A DNA stretch of 63,636 nucleotides, filler included, from Choristocarpus tenellus KU-1152 (Eukaryota > Protista > Phaeophyceae), in assembly GCA_964200185.2 (NCBI GenBank). It is 9 parts of 9 records of this genome, joined end to end, with 100 filler letters (N's around TTAATTAATTAA, not from the genome) between each part and the next. Parts side by side here need not be neighbours in the genome. Positions count along the whole stretch, not along the records: positions 25,495 to 40,299 come from CAXNAD020001109.1; 8 more parts are not named here. One strand, given 5' to 3'. The notes under the pieces are model-generated. The model was given only the letters and a program-made list of their open reading frames with translations, searched no databases and was not told the DNA's origin. The number at the start of each line of letters is the position of its first letter. The first letter of the stretch is position 1. The translations under genes and the position numbers were made by a program. This document shows, one piece after another, positions 25,495 through 39,353 of the stretch.

Positions 25495-27535
25495 CTGAAG
25501 CTCACCCAGGCCCACACCTGCAAACCCCCCCCCTCCCCCCCGCCCTTTTCCCTCAGCATCAGGATGAAAAATATCCAAAGCACTTGCCACCCACAATCGT
25601 GCTCTTGAGGCCATCTCCGAGATAGCAGAGATTGATTGCTGCGCCTGCTCCACATATCCTTCTGGCTCAAGCAACAGGAGGCCAAGAGCGAGATGTCAAG
25701 CAAGATCTAACCCCAACCCTCACCCATGTACTCAATGTGCACACAAGTTCCATCGGTAACTCTCTCCAAGAAAAGAAAAGAAAGAAAGAAGACAATGAAG
25801 TTAATGCATTTTATACCCACCTCCTGGTGACTGCTCCGGTGGTGGTAGTGAAGCAGCTTCAGTGAGGACCTCAACACATTCTCTGAGTGTTGCTTTATTG
25901 TCCCTCTTTCGGCATTGTATGTCTCGCACACGCTCCTGAAGTACCTTCCATCTATTTCTCAATGCCATACGATCAGCACCACGTCTTGACCTGCGGAGGA
26001 TGGACAACAACAAAAAATCAATACAAAGTTAACTGGGTCAGAGGATTCTACTCTCAAGATGAACATGCAAGGCACTGATCCAAATAAGACTCAGCAGGCA
26101 AAAACAGGTACAAAAACAGATAACATTCACACCAGTCTCAGTCTTACCGATCCCAGTCTTGGCCTTGGTGAACAGCTGGGATGATCCCTGTGGCACAATC
26201 CTCCACTCCATCTGATTCCCCATCATCCTCTACCTCTTCTTCTTCATCAACTTCCTCGTACTCCTCTTGCTCATGCTCTTCCTGCTCGTCTTCCTCATCT
26301 TCAGTTGGAGACTCAATGGTCCTACGTACTAGTTCTGTAGGGTACCCATACCCATGAGGCTGGGAAACACTCCTGGACTCAAGAGTGCCAAGGGGCTCCA
26401 AGCGCTTGGTGTATGCAGCCTGCCACGATGACAGCTGCTGGATTTCCCTACGATTTACCTCTAACACCTGCTGTGAGCGATAGCCTGTCCAATCCCAAGC
26501 CCCAAACAGCAGAGATCGGTAAAGACGGAACCAACTTACAATTGTCGCAACACTGAACACTTTCCAAAAACCTAAAGTGAACGTAAGATTATCTTCAGGG
26601 CGATAACAAGATAAACCTGCACTAGATGAAGACGAAGGAAGGTGCAATCAACACTATGCACTGGGTCTTGGGAAAATCTGGTCATTCGGAGCAACACAAA
26701 CCTGTTCCAGCACACACTTCAGATGCCACAAAAAACTCGGCTCGGCTCACGTCCCCAGCGTGTTTGTGCAGAAACTCAAGCGCCACCTCATCAGCCTCAT
26801 TAGCCACGATGCTCTTGTCTGCCCCTGCGAGTAATTGCCACTGAAAACCAGAATTCAACGCACATCCCGGTTGTTCTTCCGACGATTGCTCGACTAGATT
26901 TCTGCCGAACAACAAAAAACGATCAACTGGGGAAGAGGTGCGACGGAGGAGGCTCAAGCGACCCTTCAGTTGAAGTGTTGTGAGCTTGTTTCTGGGTATC
27001 TACTCAAAGGCTCCTCATCATCCACACACACACCCAACTCCCGCCCCAACCCCTCCCCCGACATCCTACCTTCTCCCTCATTTGTCACTGAAGGCGACCA
27101 AATACAGTTCTCGAGCGCCGAAAGCTGGCCCGGTCGAATCTCTAGAATGTTACAGGAAGGAGGAAGTGTAGATGGTCATTAGTAAACGACAAAGATGAAT
27201 GAGAAGGAGATCATTTCAGGGACAACGTGTATGGTACCCAATACCCCCTCCCCTCGTTCAACCTGGAAAGATGAGTTGCTCCATCGTGAAGCATCACATA
27301 TCATTATCTCCTATATATATGTACCAGTTGATGATTTACCAGGAGCGCAAGAGGAACCCTTGGAAGTTGGAGTCTCCACATCAACGACACTGTCCACAAC
27401 CATGTCTGGAATCTCTGCCTGGTACAGATGGGCGTCGATCCTTGGCGATGTACGTGTGTGTGCTGAGGAAAGACGCACTGTTGACCTTCGCACATGGGGT
27501 CGTATATGACCTTCTCCCTTCACATCTCTGTTCAT
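25495..27535 (-). pseudogene. Multi-exon orphan gene with short introns and two in-frame TGA codons
   Basis: Phase-consistent exons 27141-27070, 26999-26702, 26616-26148, 25990-25821 and 25706-gap. In-frame TGA at 27087-27085 and 25698-25696. Acidic tract EDEEDEQEEHEQEE. No family recognised; upstream exons unresolved. Confidence 0.6.
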
Positions 27536-27747
27536 CGTCCTTGACTTTCCTCACGTCTATAGATCACCACAACTGATGGAGGGAAGGACGAGTCTACAAA
27601 TCCTACGATAGGGTGCAACGAACAGCCAAAAAAATCACGAAGCGGTGCAATACAAAATATGACAGCAATAGAAAAAGTCAATGAGTTTTATTTTATATCG
27701 ACACCATTAGACACACCATCGACAACAAAGTTTGCGAGGGTCGGTTG

Positions 27748-30700
27748 ATGTCTACTATGGAAATGGATGAGTTCACGCTCCCGGTTGATCTCGCCGGAAT
27801 CACCGATGATGTCCTTTTCACTGGAGACGATATCCTAGGTTTTAATCTTGAAGATTATACAACAATTACAAGTCTGGACACCTCTTGGTCAAATTTCCAA
27901 GCGGAAGATGCTGGGGCCGACGAGACTACGGCTGGTTCGGAAGTGGAAGCGGTTGGAGAAGAATCTACGTACCAGATCCCTGGGTTTTTTCCTTTCTGTG
28001 GATCCACTCCTTCATCCACCAGGCTGAAGATGGCCGGTTTTCCTATGTTGAAGAAAGTAAACAGGTGTGTTTATCATGAATTTGAAATAGACTACGAAAG
28101 CACGAAATGTGTGATCCAGGGTATGTCGTCTAATCGAGTCTGTCAAGGGATTTGAGCTCGAAACATCATGTTATGGAGTGCCCACATGGTTTTTTCTCTC
28201 GCCGGTGCAGTCTCTTCACGCAATGTCTGGTTGGAGTGTGGCACTCTACCCAACGTGACGTTTCAGAGACTTTCAGGCACCTTCAACGAACACATAGATA
28301 CCACGATCCAATGCTCCATGTCATAATTCCTATCACTCTTTTTATTCACTGAACAATTTTTTGCTCCACTTACGCTGGTGTCCGCCCCTTTTCGCTCGTC
28401 CCATTGACCAGCGGTTTCTTGCCGAGCAACACAATGAGCTACAAAGAGGAGGCGGACACCGCGCGGGAACTCGAGGTGATACCAACAGGAGATTCGAACA
28501 ATTGCGAAGTAACCTGCATGATGATATTTTGCTTATTTCCATCGACCCTTGATAGTGGATGAGAATATTCCTACCTCAGATTTTCTATTCAACCTTGCCC
28601 TATCTTTCGTTGCGCAGCGTGCTCTGTATGTTCTTTCTCAACAGAAACTGTTCCTCACGGATCAGCTGGGGCATGTGAACACATGGGCTGAAAGTGTCTA
28701 CAAGAGTCAAGGCTGGGTACCTCCTCCCAGCCATGCTAGAGTAGAAAATATGGGTGCAGACTGCGATGTTGGGATAAGGGCCCCTGCAAAAACTGACAGG
28801 GAGCATGAATTGGAGACAGATGGACAGCAGCAAAAAGAGGTTCGGGTAAGGATAAAATGTAAGGGTACAGACAAGAGACGTACAGACAGGCCATTGGTTG
28901 CTCTGGTTGATGAGACCATGTGGCCTGCAAGGGGAAGATCTTCACAGTCAGTCATTGCCAACATGAACAAACATACCAAACACGAGCTTCCAAGTTCATC
29001 CTCTGGAAGGCCATTTAAGAAAACCAAGGTACATGCACTTAAGCCTGGGCCCGTTTTACCAGTTCCACAGCCACCTCCACCAGCTCCACAGTCTGTAGAG
29101 GCCACCCATGAAAGTTTCGAGGAGGTGAACAGTGAGAATGTATCTTGGGAAGATGTACATGCAGCTGGCCAAGCATCCCCAGCAACTCCTGCACACCTGA
29201 GGATTTGGCTTGATACAGACCCCTATTTCAAAAACTTGAGTTGGAAGGAGCCACTCCCAGAAGACCTCACACTTGAAAGCACGTTTTCTAATACCTATTG
29301 CACAAGGCATGCTACCACACCTCAATCACAACAGAAAGTTGCTGCTGAGGAAGCAGGTATGTGCATGTTCGCAATATTAACCTACATCAATTGTAGATGT
29401 TTACTTTGTTGGAAAAGCAAAGGTTACCTGGTGTTGATGTAGCTAATTGTGCTGCTGTAGTACTGATTGTGTTTTTGAAAAAAGATTATTCTGTGCATTC
29501 CTTTCTGTAGTCGTATCTTTGAGGCAGTCATATGCATTCTGCACTACATGCCAGAGCAAAGTCTACTCTTGTGATACCGTTTGTGACCAACCATTATATG
29601 AGCAGGCTACGCAATAGACTTGCTGAGCTCCCTCAATCACTTGAAAATCATACTGACTGTAGAGATAATAGAGAACAAGAGGGACAAATCTGGTGGTGGG
29701 ATGCTGATGCAGCGTCTCTTGTCAGCTCTCCTAATTCCCAAGAAAGGGGTTAAGAACACAACAACAGAAACAGAGACGAATCACTTGGTCAAAGAAGCTG
29801 ACCAAAAATGGGGATCTAAGGAGGTGGTGGCAAAGAACAGTTTTGGTGATGCCTCCAAGAGACTTGGCAGGGGACTGGAGGTGGCCTGGCTGACCCCTGA
29901 GCAGCGAGTGTCTATTCAGCTGAAGGCTGTGGGACTACTGGGTAATACCCACAAGGAACAGGCAAGTACTTCTTCATATAGACAACAATACTGCTGTGCA
30001 GTTGTCCAGGTAGTTTCAATTTCTTGATCAACTCCACTTGTACTGATTCAATGGAAACGCACACAGTGAGTAACACTCTGGAGTGGCACCTGATAAACCT
30101 TTTAATTGTGGAATATATCACATCTTGGCCGCAGTATTTGCCACTTTGACGAAAATCTGTTGTGGAAAGAAAGCAGTACAATGTGGAGCTTCATTGCTTG
30201 AACCCAGTTGTAGGTTGTTCGGCCAACTCACCTATGGGACACTATGAATATAATTGTGTTTTGAGCTTCATTGCTTGAAGTTGAATCTGCTCAATCTGTG
30301 ACCAATAACCTGTTGGTATTGAGTTTTTTAAATATTGACATTGCTAGATAGTGCACATGGGATTAGCACAGATTCTAGTCAACAAGATGTCCATACCCAA
30401 CCAAACGCTTTCATATCTCAAAAGCAAGAAAACTACCCTACATGTTAATATAAGTTATGTGGGCATCAAATCTCAACAGTGTGCTCAAAAATTATATGTG
30501 CTAGGTTACTGTTCAAGTAGTAATTGGTACAACTTTGGACACAGTCCCAAAGCTCGAATATTTTGTGTGCACAATTGCTTGTATAAAATTTCAAACCAAG
30601 TTTGCAATTATTTATACAAATTTCTTCAACAATATTTTTTGGTTCTCTTGTGCCATCATCACAGTGCCACATACATAATATGTACATATGTAAATAAATA

Positions 30701-32731
30701 TGTTCAAATATATCTGTCCCTTGGATTGAACCACGTAAACATGAGGTGAGAAGATTTTGGACTAAAGACTTTTTTTACTGGAGCACTGCGGCTTGTGTGT
30801 GTGTTAGAGCTAGTATCCCAATGTTTTTCAAGTTGAGTTACTGGGTATCACCTTGACAGATCTGCTTGCAGCTCTACAAAAGTTGAGATTAGTATGTTAG
30901 ATTTGACAGTTTGATATACTTCATATATAGTGATTTGAACTTCAACCCAAACCCAGTCTCCAGAGATCAACCTTTCTTTATTGGGTCATGGCACACAGAG
31001 CCTACACTTAATAAGCATCTAGCAGAAGTTGGTGCCCAAGTAGTGCTTGCATATATCCTTTGTGATGCTTGAAACAAGGCGTCCTCCCACCAGATCCCTC
31101 ACCAGCAATCGATAGACAATACAATTAGCATTTAACCCTAAACTCTAACTAAACAACTTGGGAAAACTAACTCGATGGACAGGGTGTGTTGGTTTATTCA
31201 TGTCACCATCATGTGCTATAGATAGGTCTATGGGATCACAAGTTGGTACCCACTAAACCGTTTGTTTGTAGTCTTGGTTATACATGTTTTCCTGGATACT
31301 GTGGTACCTACCAGTGTGGTCATAGATCTACGGGAACACAAGTTGGGACCCTCTAAACCCTTTGTTTGTACTGGCGGTTTGACATGTTTGCCCTACATAT
31401 TGTACCACCTATTGGTGCGATGTGGACTGGTTGCTGTTACTGCTGGGCACTCAATTGGCCGTAACACTCAATAAACATGGATTGAACCCATTTGCACATA
31501 TTTCCGAACTTGTCCCAAACAGAGGGAACCTGGGACAGTCCAAATCCATGCCTCCTTTTTCCTTCACTTTCAAAGTGGCATGCGCTTGCTTTCTTGCATA
31601 GAATATAGTGCACCATATTCTATGATCCACCTCTACTTGACAACAAAAAGGCACAATTTGATCACTTCTCACTGTGTGTTTATTTGCACTCCACTATGCT
31701 TCTAAGCTCCATTGTGTGTAATAGGGTATTCTCATTCGTTTGTGAAACTTAGAAGGAAGAAACAACACTGGTTCAGCAGGAAATTGACAAAAGTCGTCAT
31801 TAGTTTATCCCTTTCCTCTTTTGCCTCTCTTATCTTTACTGCAGAGTGCAACTGATGAGACCTCAGCTGATCAAGACAAGGAGCTTCAAGAACTGGTATG
31901 TTCATGTCCAATCCTAGAGTAATCCCAGATTTGTGTCAAACGCCAATTTCTCAAATGGGGGATCTCCAATGAGTTCACTAGTAAGAGTTGAAGGCCCCTC
32001 TTGGGGAGTCAGTGTGATATGCAGTACGCCTACCAAAGAAAGTGAAATCCTGACAGACTTCCTTCCATTCCATGTTCCAAATGACCCAGCAAGCTGAACT
32101 CACGAGGACAAGGAACAATCTCAACCGTACCAAGCTGGCAATTCGCAAAAGAATCATGGAAGAATCAACGTTGAGGTTAGTAATGTATACTTCATACCAC
32201 ACGTACAGCACATAACATGTCACATTTTTTAATGCTGATTTTCCAGAATATAACCAGTACTGGCCCCATCCCCAGTGAATGTGAGGTTCGGAAACGGACT
32301 GAGAGGCAGGGGTTGCTCAAGGACTGGGAGGAGCTACTCGAGAAGTACAAGGTAACTGAAAAGGGCTGATGATTTGTCATCATTTCCGCATAAAGTTTGA
32401 AATTATCCCCTTCACAAAATTATCCCCCGACTTGATTTATCTCAGTAGGCAAGCTAATGCTACTTGGAGATTGCAACTCAAGTCGATAACATTTGACCTT
32501 TTCCACTCAAACTGGTTGGTCACACATTTGACATTACCAAGCAGGCTCGGAGGGCGCAAGAGGAAAATGCAGCCAAGGCAGAACGCGCAAGAATGGCTCA
32601 ACGAAGGGGTATGCCTTGGTGATCATTGGACTGGATTAAGAGACATTGGGCCTTGCTAACCCTAACCCTAACCCTTGCAGGATAAACAGGCAGGTACCAT
32701 TCTGATGATTAGTGAGCTCAGCAGGGCTAAG
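27748..32731 (+). pseudogene. Multi-exon orphan gene or pseudogene, divergent to the previous one
   Basis: Exon-like blocks 27748-28120, 28211-, 28361-29356, ~29511-29961, ~31844-31895, ~32247-32351, ~32545-32608 and 32681-32731, with splice-like ends and coiled-coil-like peptides (KDWEELLEKYK; ARRAQEENAAKAERARMAQRR). Frameshifts and stops present. Confidence 0.4.
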
Positions 32732-35700
32732 GTACTAGTTTTGTTTTCCATTGCCAGGGTGTGGACAGAGTCCTCAATTTGTAGCTTTGTTGATTTGTCC
32801 AGGGCAGTTGACTTGTATACATAATGTGCATTTTTCACTGGGTATGCTCTCTGGGAGATGTCAAAGCCTCAACCTTGCGTGCCATAACCCTTATTGTATT
32901 TTCGAATGCTTTCCAACGTCCCTCACTTGGTGGTGCCAGTACAACCACAATCTATGAAGGGATCAACAATTGGAGGAAAGGACATAGACTCGATCTCTCC
33001 TTGGAACATCTGTCATTGCAGGCTTGGGTATCAATATGTGTGGAATATGAACAGATTTGAACCAGCACTGAATCCAGTGTAGCTGAAAGCAGTGTAATTG
33101 TGGTATGTATTAGTAGACCTGTGTGCAACTGGTGAGTGCAGGTTGGAAAGTGTAGTGATTTGGGGTTGTGGATAGACAGCACGGTTGTGTTTCCATTGTC
33201 ATGGATCATCACAGGTATTGTGTGCCAACAAGACAAGGTGCAGTCATCTCCAGGAACTCATTTTTCATTTTGTTCATAGGTGAAGGTGTAATTATGTATT
33301 TTAATAGAACCCCTGGATGGTGAAGTCATTCAAGAACACATTGCACAACATTAAAACATGATCTTTAGGACCACTGTTCCTCTCAACTTTGAAGTAGCAT
33401 TTATCAATTATATTCTCCAGTTGCCATTATTTTCCACCACCAAAACAAGCTATATCACCTCACCTCATGTATTATGCTCAGTTTTGAGGTATTTCCACTT
33501 TCTGAGTTTCTTTCTCAGATCTATGTGGTGTACCACAATGGATTCTTGTCCATCTCATCTGACTCAACATTGAGTTGTTTCTTTCTTCCCAGTAATGTGG
33601 ACACAAATTTGGAAGTGTTTCCGGGGGACCAAGAGGTTGATCGACTGCCAATACATATATTGTCTCCTTACAAATTTTGACATTTGGCAACATATATGGT
33701 GTAGATTTGTGTTTGATGTGCAAGAATAACCTCACCTGTGGACCCCAGTGGTATTGAACCGAGCAGGGTATGATATTAGAGTAGTCCTCACAGAGCAAAA
33801 CAAAGGAACAAAATAGTTACTCCTACAGTACATTGTAGTAGGTCAGCCAAAATATGGTGGACACCATGGTGCATGCATGTTCAATGTGGATCTCACTTGG
33901 TAGACTCCAGATATGGAATGGTGTTGCTCATCACGTACCATTTTCATGTTGTCTTGTGGTCATGTAAATATCCTGGAAGAAAAAAGGTATTGTGAACCAC
34001 CACAGTTCAATTAGTTGAGAAATAACCAAGATCTTAACTGAAAAGTTCAGTTATTCAGAGGGTTTTTTCATATTTTGTGCGGCTACTATATCATGATCAT
34101 TAATTATTCTTTTAAGTGCTTATTTGTTTCTTTGTTCTGCATCATACTGTTTTGAGGTAAGTAATACGGATATGTTTTGATATTTATGTTCATTATCCAC
34201 GATCTTACATGTATGTTCCTTCTTCCTCTAGTGCCATTCCAAGAATTATATGTGTATAAGATAGTTACACTCTATCATGATAAATCCATGTTCACTCCTT
34301 GCAGTTAACCTGCTAGCCACTTTTGCTTCAGCCTTCCCTGAGCAAACGTGAGCAATATTCCGTCTCAGATATAACAGGAGGTTTTGTATATTATATATTC
34401 TGGCAATGGAGAAAGAGTACAATAAGTCGAAATTAAGTGTGTCTGGTGGGGGGCCCTCACGAGGCTCCTGGTATTTTGACTCACACTACTCCATGCTTTG
34501 CCTCATGTGCTGACAGTTGAATCAAGCTAATTGAAAATTTTCTTGTCAGTTTTAATTTTTAACTGTGACTTCTTTCCGCTCATTGCACACAGTAAGACAG
34601 GGGACAACTATTTGAAACCATTCTATTTGACTTGGAGGTTCATCGACACAGCACCAAAGTGGACAATAATCACACGGTCTGTGTGAGTGTTTGCATACAC
34701 AGTAAATTCATTGTCTGTTTAAGTGCTAGCAATTTGACAATAAATGACTGCAAATGCAAACAATGATATCACCTTCCACAAATACTCTGTTGCAATTGGT
34801 AGTCTTCAGGACAGAATAATCTGGGTCCCGAAAGATGCATTAATCAGGGAACTATTTGAGTTTTTTTCCTGTGAAAAAGTGCTTGCTTTCAATCATGCAA
34901 GGTGGCTGTCACATCTATAAAGCAACAGAAATATGGGAAATGTTGCTATGAAGCGCTTTATTACTACAAAGTGTATTTGTAACAGAAAAGGTCATGCCCC
35001 AGATAATGTGCCATAGGTGATGAAAAATATGAAACTGTCCCACATTAAATCAGAGTGTGGAGCAAGTACACCATGACATGAAATATGGGCCATTTCCTTT
35101 TGCATCCAAGGACAAAGTCCTTCAATTCTACTACAGAAGTACATGTGCTTCAGGGAAAGGAACCATGAAGCCATCTTGATAATTTCACCAGAAATAATAG
35201 TACATTGGGTTCTCAGAAACTTTTACGTCCATCTAAACATGATAAGGTGGCTCATTGTTGTAGAGGCTGTTCCCTGAACGAATTTTGGTTGACACCAGGC
35301 TTCTTTTCATGGAAATCTGGTTTTGACTATCCAATTTCTACATAGCAAGCACAACAGATCATACACCTTGTACGATTGTGCCTGTACCTGTAACACAAAA
35401 AGCAAAGCAAGAAACAAGGAGGCAAAGCTCAGTGTTGCCTAGCAACACTGAGGTGGGTTCAGCACAAGATTCAATGGAAGAGACAGAGTGACGAGTGGTG
35501 GAATGGCCGAACCCAACAAGCAAGAAGCAAGGTGTGTAGAGAAGTTCAATTATTCACAGTGCTAGAGTTAACCTCAAAGCATTTAGCATAAGAAGTAGTG
35601 CAATGTGTGTAATACCTCTGAACACAGGTCAGGATAGTCCCCACTGGGCCATGACAAAGCAAAGATAATAATAATAGTAATAATAATAATAAGACCTAAA

Positions 35701-36989
35701 TGCCAGGACAAATTATTGAGAGAATCAAGCAAGATTCCCAAGTAGTGTAGCATCTCCCGCCAGTAACAGATTCCCTTCCTTGGTTTGTCCCATCCAGGGT
35801 GGCAATCAAGTGCCAATAGACGATTGACTGAACATTTGGATGGTACCAAATCCGAAAGGAAGGAGAGTGAACCCCAACTCATAGCACAAGGATCACCATT
35901 ATTGCCCAGATATGGAATGGTGTGAGATGCCCATGCACCGAGCAGGTAAGGGAAGTACAGGATATCTAAGGCAAGAGATAGATAGCACAATTAATTGTGT
36001 GGAAACAACCAGCAGGTACCGTCCTCCTCTTCCTATTTCTCGTGCTTTGCCTGCCTGTTCAGAACAAGTTTGGTGCACCATTTGGCACCCTCTCAGGGAT
36101 TCATGATCAACAACATTGAACAAAGGAGATGCTGCTATTTGGAATTTGAAACTAGTCTATCCTAGAAGGAGGTCGATTTTGACTGCATTGAGTGCAAGTG
36201 GCTTCAAAAATCTTACGCCTTACACCCCTATTTGCTTGCAGATGAGTGTAGCAACAAGCAAGACCAAAACAGCAACAACACTGATCACATCAACATATAA
36301 TAATATGGTCCATATAATTTGCTATCAATTCACCGCCCTCCTCACAACAACTTATTCCTCAAGATAAGCGATGATGTTATGCACATTGATCAAAGTATCA
36401 TTGGAAAGCCCTATCTTGTGCAAAATAAGACAACAATATGTAAGTGTTCCTCTTTGGTGTGCATGAGATGGTGTATGGCCTTAGTCTATGGGTATCACTA
36501 ATGATATAGTATTTTCAGATCCAAAACACGATTGGTACTGTAGATAGACTATGCCGATCTGATAGTCATACTAATAATAATATTTTTCTGTACGGATATA
36601 ATATTAGTGGGACATAAATTGTTCTGGATTGCACTTCTTGACAAAAGAGACCATGTAATGATCCCATCTCCTTTCCTCTCCCGACTTCTATCAGGATCAA
36701 GTCTTCACTGAGCCAAACTAATTCAGAGGTAGGCAGGTTTGAACCCTTTTGCATTCTAACTCACCTTTCTTTACCCTGTGCAATACACTGTATCTCGTTG
36801 CTTTTTGTGCATGATAATGTACATAAAATTTATATTCCCCCTTTGCACACTCAGAGCAACACCACAATCCAGCAAAGGATGTTTCTGCATTTGTACAAAA
36901 TGGTACTTTCTACATTCGGAATTAAATGTAACTTCACGTTTACAACATCAATTCTCACCCAAGAGCAACCCACTGATAAATCTTCCAGA

Positions 36990-38230
36990 CAAGGCTTAGT
37001 TCTCACATATATTGGGAGGCATGCGAAGTTTGATATGGTGGGTTATCAAGACTGTGAAGGATCACCAGTGCAAAGATGAGCATGTTGCATTTGATGGGGT
37101 TCAAATACCTCATGAAACCATCAAAGCGTGTTTGATGAGATGCCTAGGTCGAAGGTCCCCTGTTATTCAAGTGGTTCACTCATCCCATCGTTCCCCATCG
37201 ATCCCAATACTTCAGTCCAGAAGTCTCTTCAGGGTCGAGACTCAAACACCTCCCAATGAAGAACAGCATGGTGGCATGATGCCTGGAGGTGAGAGGTGCA
37301 AGAATCAGATGCTTTGAGGGAAATGCGGGGGCAATCGCAGAGTACTTCGGAATTTCTCGAATCATCGTGTTCCATCATGTGAAGGAGCCAGATCATACAG
37401 GGTGAATGCATGGACCATGTACAACGTCGCAAGGGGCTATGTGACCGCCATGCAAGTATCTTCAACGATTGGGATGTCCCACGGGTACACCACCGCACAT
37501 CCTTCTGGAAATGGGTGACCAAAGCTGGGGTCTACCTTGCCTTTTTGTGGGATCTGTACAAGAATGAGAAGGTGATGAAAGTTGAGTGGTGGATTAAGCC
37601 AGTTAGTTCTCTCACACTAGCAGAAAGTCAACAGGGTTGATTTCGTCATCAGTCACAAGCATAGGAGGGAGGGAAGGGTGGCATTTGTGGACTATTAGTG
37701 GACGATCTATATGACTGGGGATACATGTGGACGAGAAGTGGTTTACATCTTAAGAGATAGGCAAGGTGTGTACCTGCACCCCACTGAGGACCCCCCCCAA
37801 ACCCCACGGGCATAGAATTAGGTGTTGCATTATGAGGTTGATGTTCCTTGCCGCTGTGGCCTACACTAGGCAGCTCTCCAACGGGGTGTGGTTCGATGGG
37901 AAAACCGGGATCTGGTCGATCGTAGACACTATGATCGCTCAGAACTCCAGCAAACACCACCCCAAGGGTACCACGTGTTTGTGCCCACCACGGTGGATGG
38001 GGAGAGGTATAATAAGCTCATAATCGAGGATGTCATCCTGGAAATCAAGCCCCGAATGACTAGACCGGAAGGACACACCATCTCCGTGCAGCAAGACAGG
38101 GGCAAAGCCACATACTAATGGGGGGGTCATGGAGGCAATCGAGGAGGCAGCGGGGGACGACATTGTCATAGAGACACAGTCACCTCACCTCAACGTTAAT
38201 GACTTGGGATTTTACTTCTCAAGGAATTAC
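36990..38230 (+). mobile_element. Mariner-like (DD39D-type) transposase pseudogene
   Basis: RLMFLAAVAYTR...FDGKTGIWSIV...AQNSSKHHPKGT, ISVQQDRGK and QSPHLNVNDLGFY match KVMFLAAVARPR, FDGKIGIWPF, QQDNA and PNSPDLNVLDLGFF. Confidence 0.85.
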
Positions 38231-39276
38231 AAGGACTGGAAATAGGGAACACATTGACCCCCCCCCCGAAGTATCCTGTAGGGTGAGAAAGTTCGTGGTT
38301 TGGCGCGCCTGTCTGCCATCATCTGTAGTAAACATGAAAGATATTCTAAGGTTAAGAACAAAGAAAAACATACTACCTCTCATCCTAAACTCATGTTACA
38401 TTCAATTCATTCAAATACTTCCATACATTTCTAATCACATCAAATTTCAAATTTGCACGTTGACGGCCTACCGTGTGGTGTGTTCTGATTGTGCAAGAAA
38501 TACGTAGTTCCTGTTTGTGCTTTGTACTTTGTTAGTCTTCAAGATGGTAGAAGTACTTTAAGTCTCCAGGCCCGTTGGTGACACACACATTTCCCACCTT
38601 TGCCTTACTCATTTGCCCTCATCAGTAAGGAACGGTTGGAGATAGGTTGTGCACGGCTTATACCTAAGTTTCTCCATGTTGCCATGCAGCGTTGCCTGGA
38701 AGATACCTAGTTGTAACGGCAAGTCGTGCTTGCCCGTGCAGTTTTATAGATCTGTTCACAGCCCTCTTGTGGCTGTTCAGTGTTGATGCCCTTGCGGTCC
38801 AAATACTCCTGACAATGCAGCCTTCTGTGGGGATCCACAACACCAGTACCATTTTGGTCCTTCCAGAATTCCATATTCTCCCCATTGTCTTTCTATCGAT
38901 CTCAAACTTCTCTGGGACTACCTTGATTGTTGTGAAACAAGGGCCAGTCTTTGCAGTCTTGAAGAAGCTCCCTCCGCGATCAGTGCCCTCCTTTCATCAA
39001 GCGTTAGAACCATATTCTTGAAAATTTCAGTTATCTTCTGATCGATGGGTGAGAAAAGTGACGGGGTGAAAGGCTTCTGACCGGGAACTTCAAATTTGGG
39101 TCTTGTTTTGACCCTCACAAGTCAACACAAAACGTCTGAATGTCAATATTCGAAAGAACGAGAGTTCACTCTTCACGATCATGAGATCAGTTTGATAGAA
39201 TCTAGGGTAGGGAAGGAGCTTTGTTGAAAAAGAGTCCAATTTTGTACCCAACTTTTTACCATGAGAGGTAATATTT

Positions 39277-39353
39277 ACTCATATGTATGAATGAGTCAAG
39301 GTCTCCACTCTAATAAAGCCGAGGTCCCAGGTTCAACCCCCACATGAGTACCA
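39277..39353 (+). pseudogene. Degenerate tRNA-Ile(AAT)-derived copy ending in CCA
   Basis: ACTCAT/ATGAGT acceptor pairing, CTAATAA anticodon loop, AGGTC variable loop, GGTTCAACCCC T-loop and terminal ACCA. D and anticodon stems are broken. Confidence 0.5.

Noticed and set aside
25696-27087. TGA recoding (alternative genetic code or selenocysteine)
   Set aside because: The resolved exons of HAD, ESD, ADIP and HNH-AP2 have no in-frame TGA and use TGG for Trp. CGA>TGA decay is simpler.
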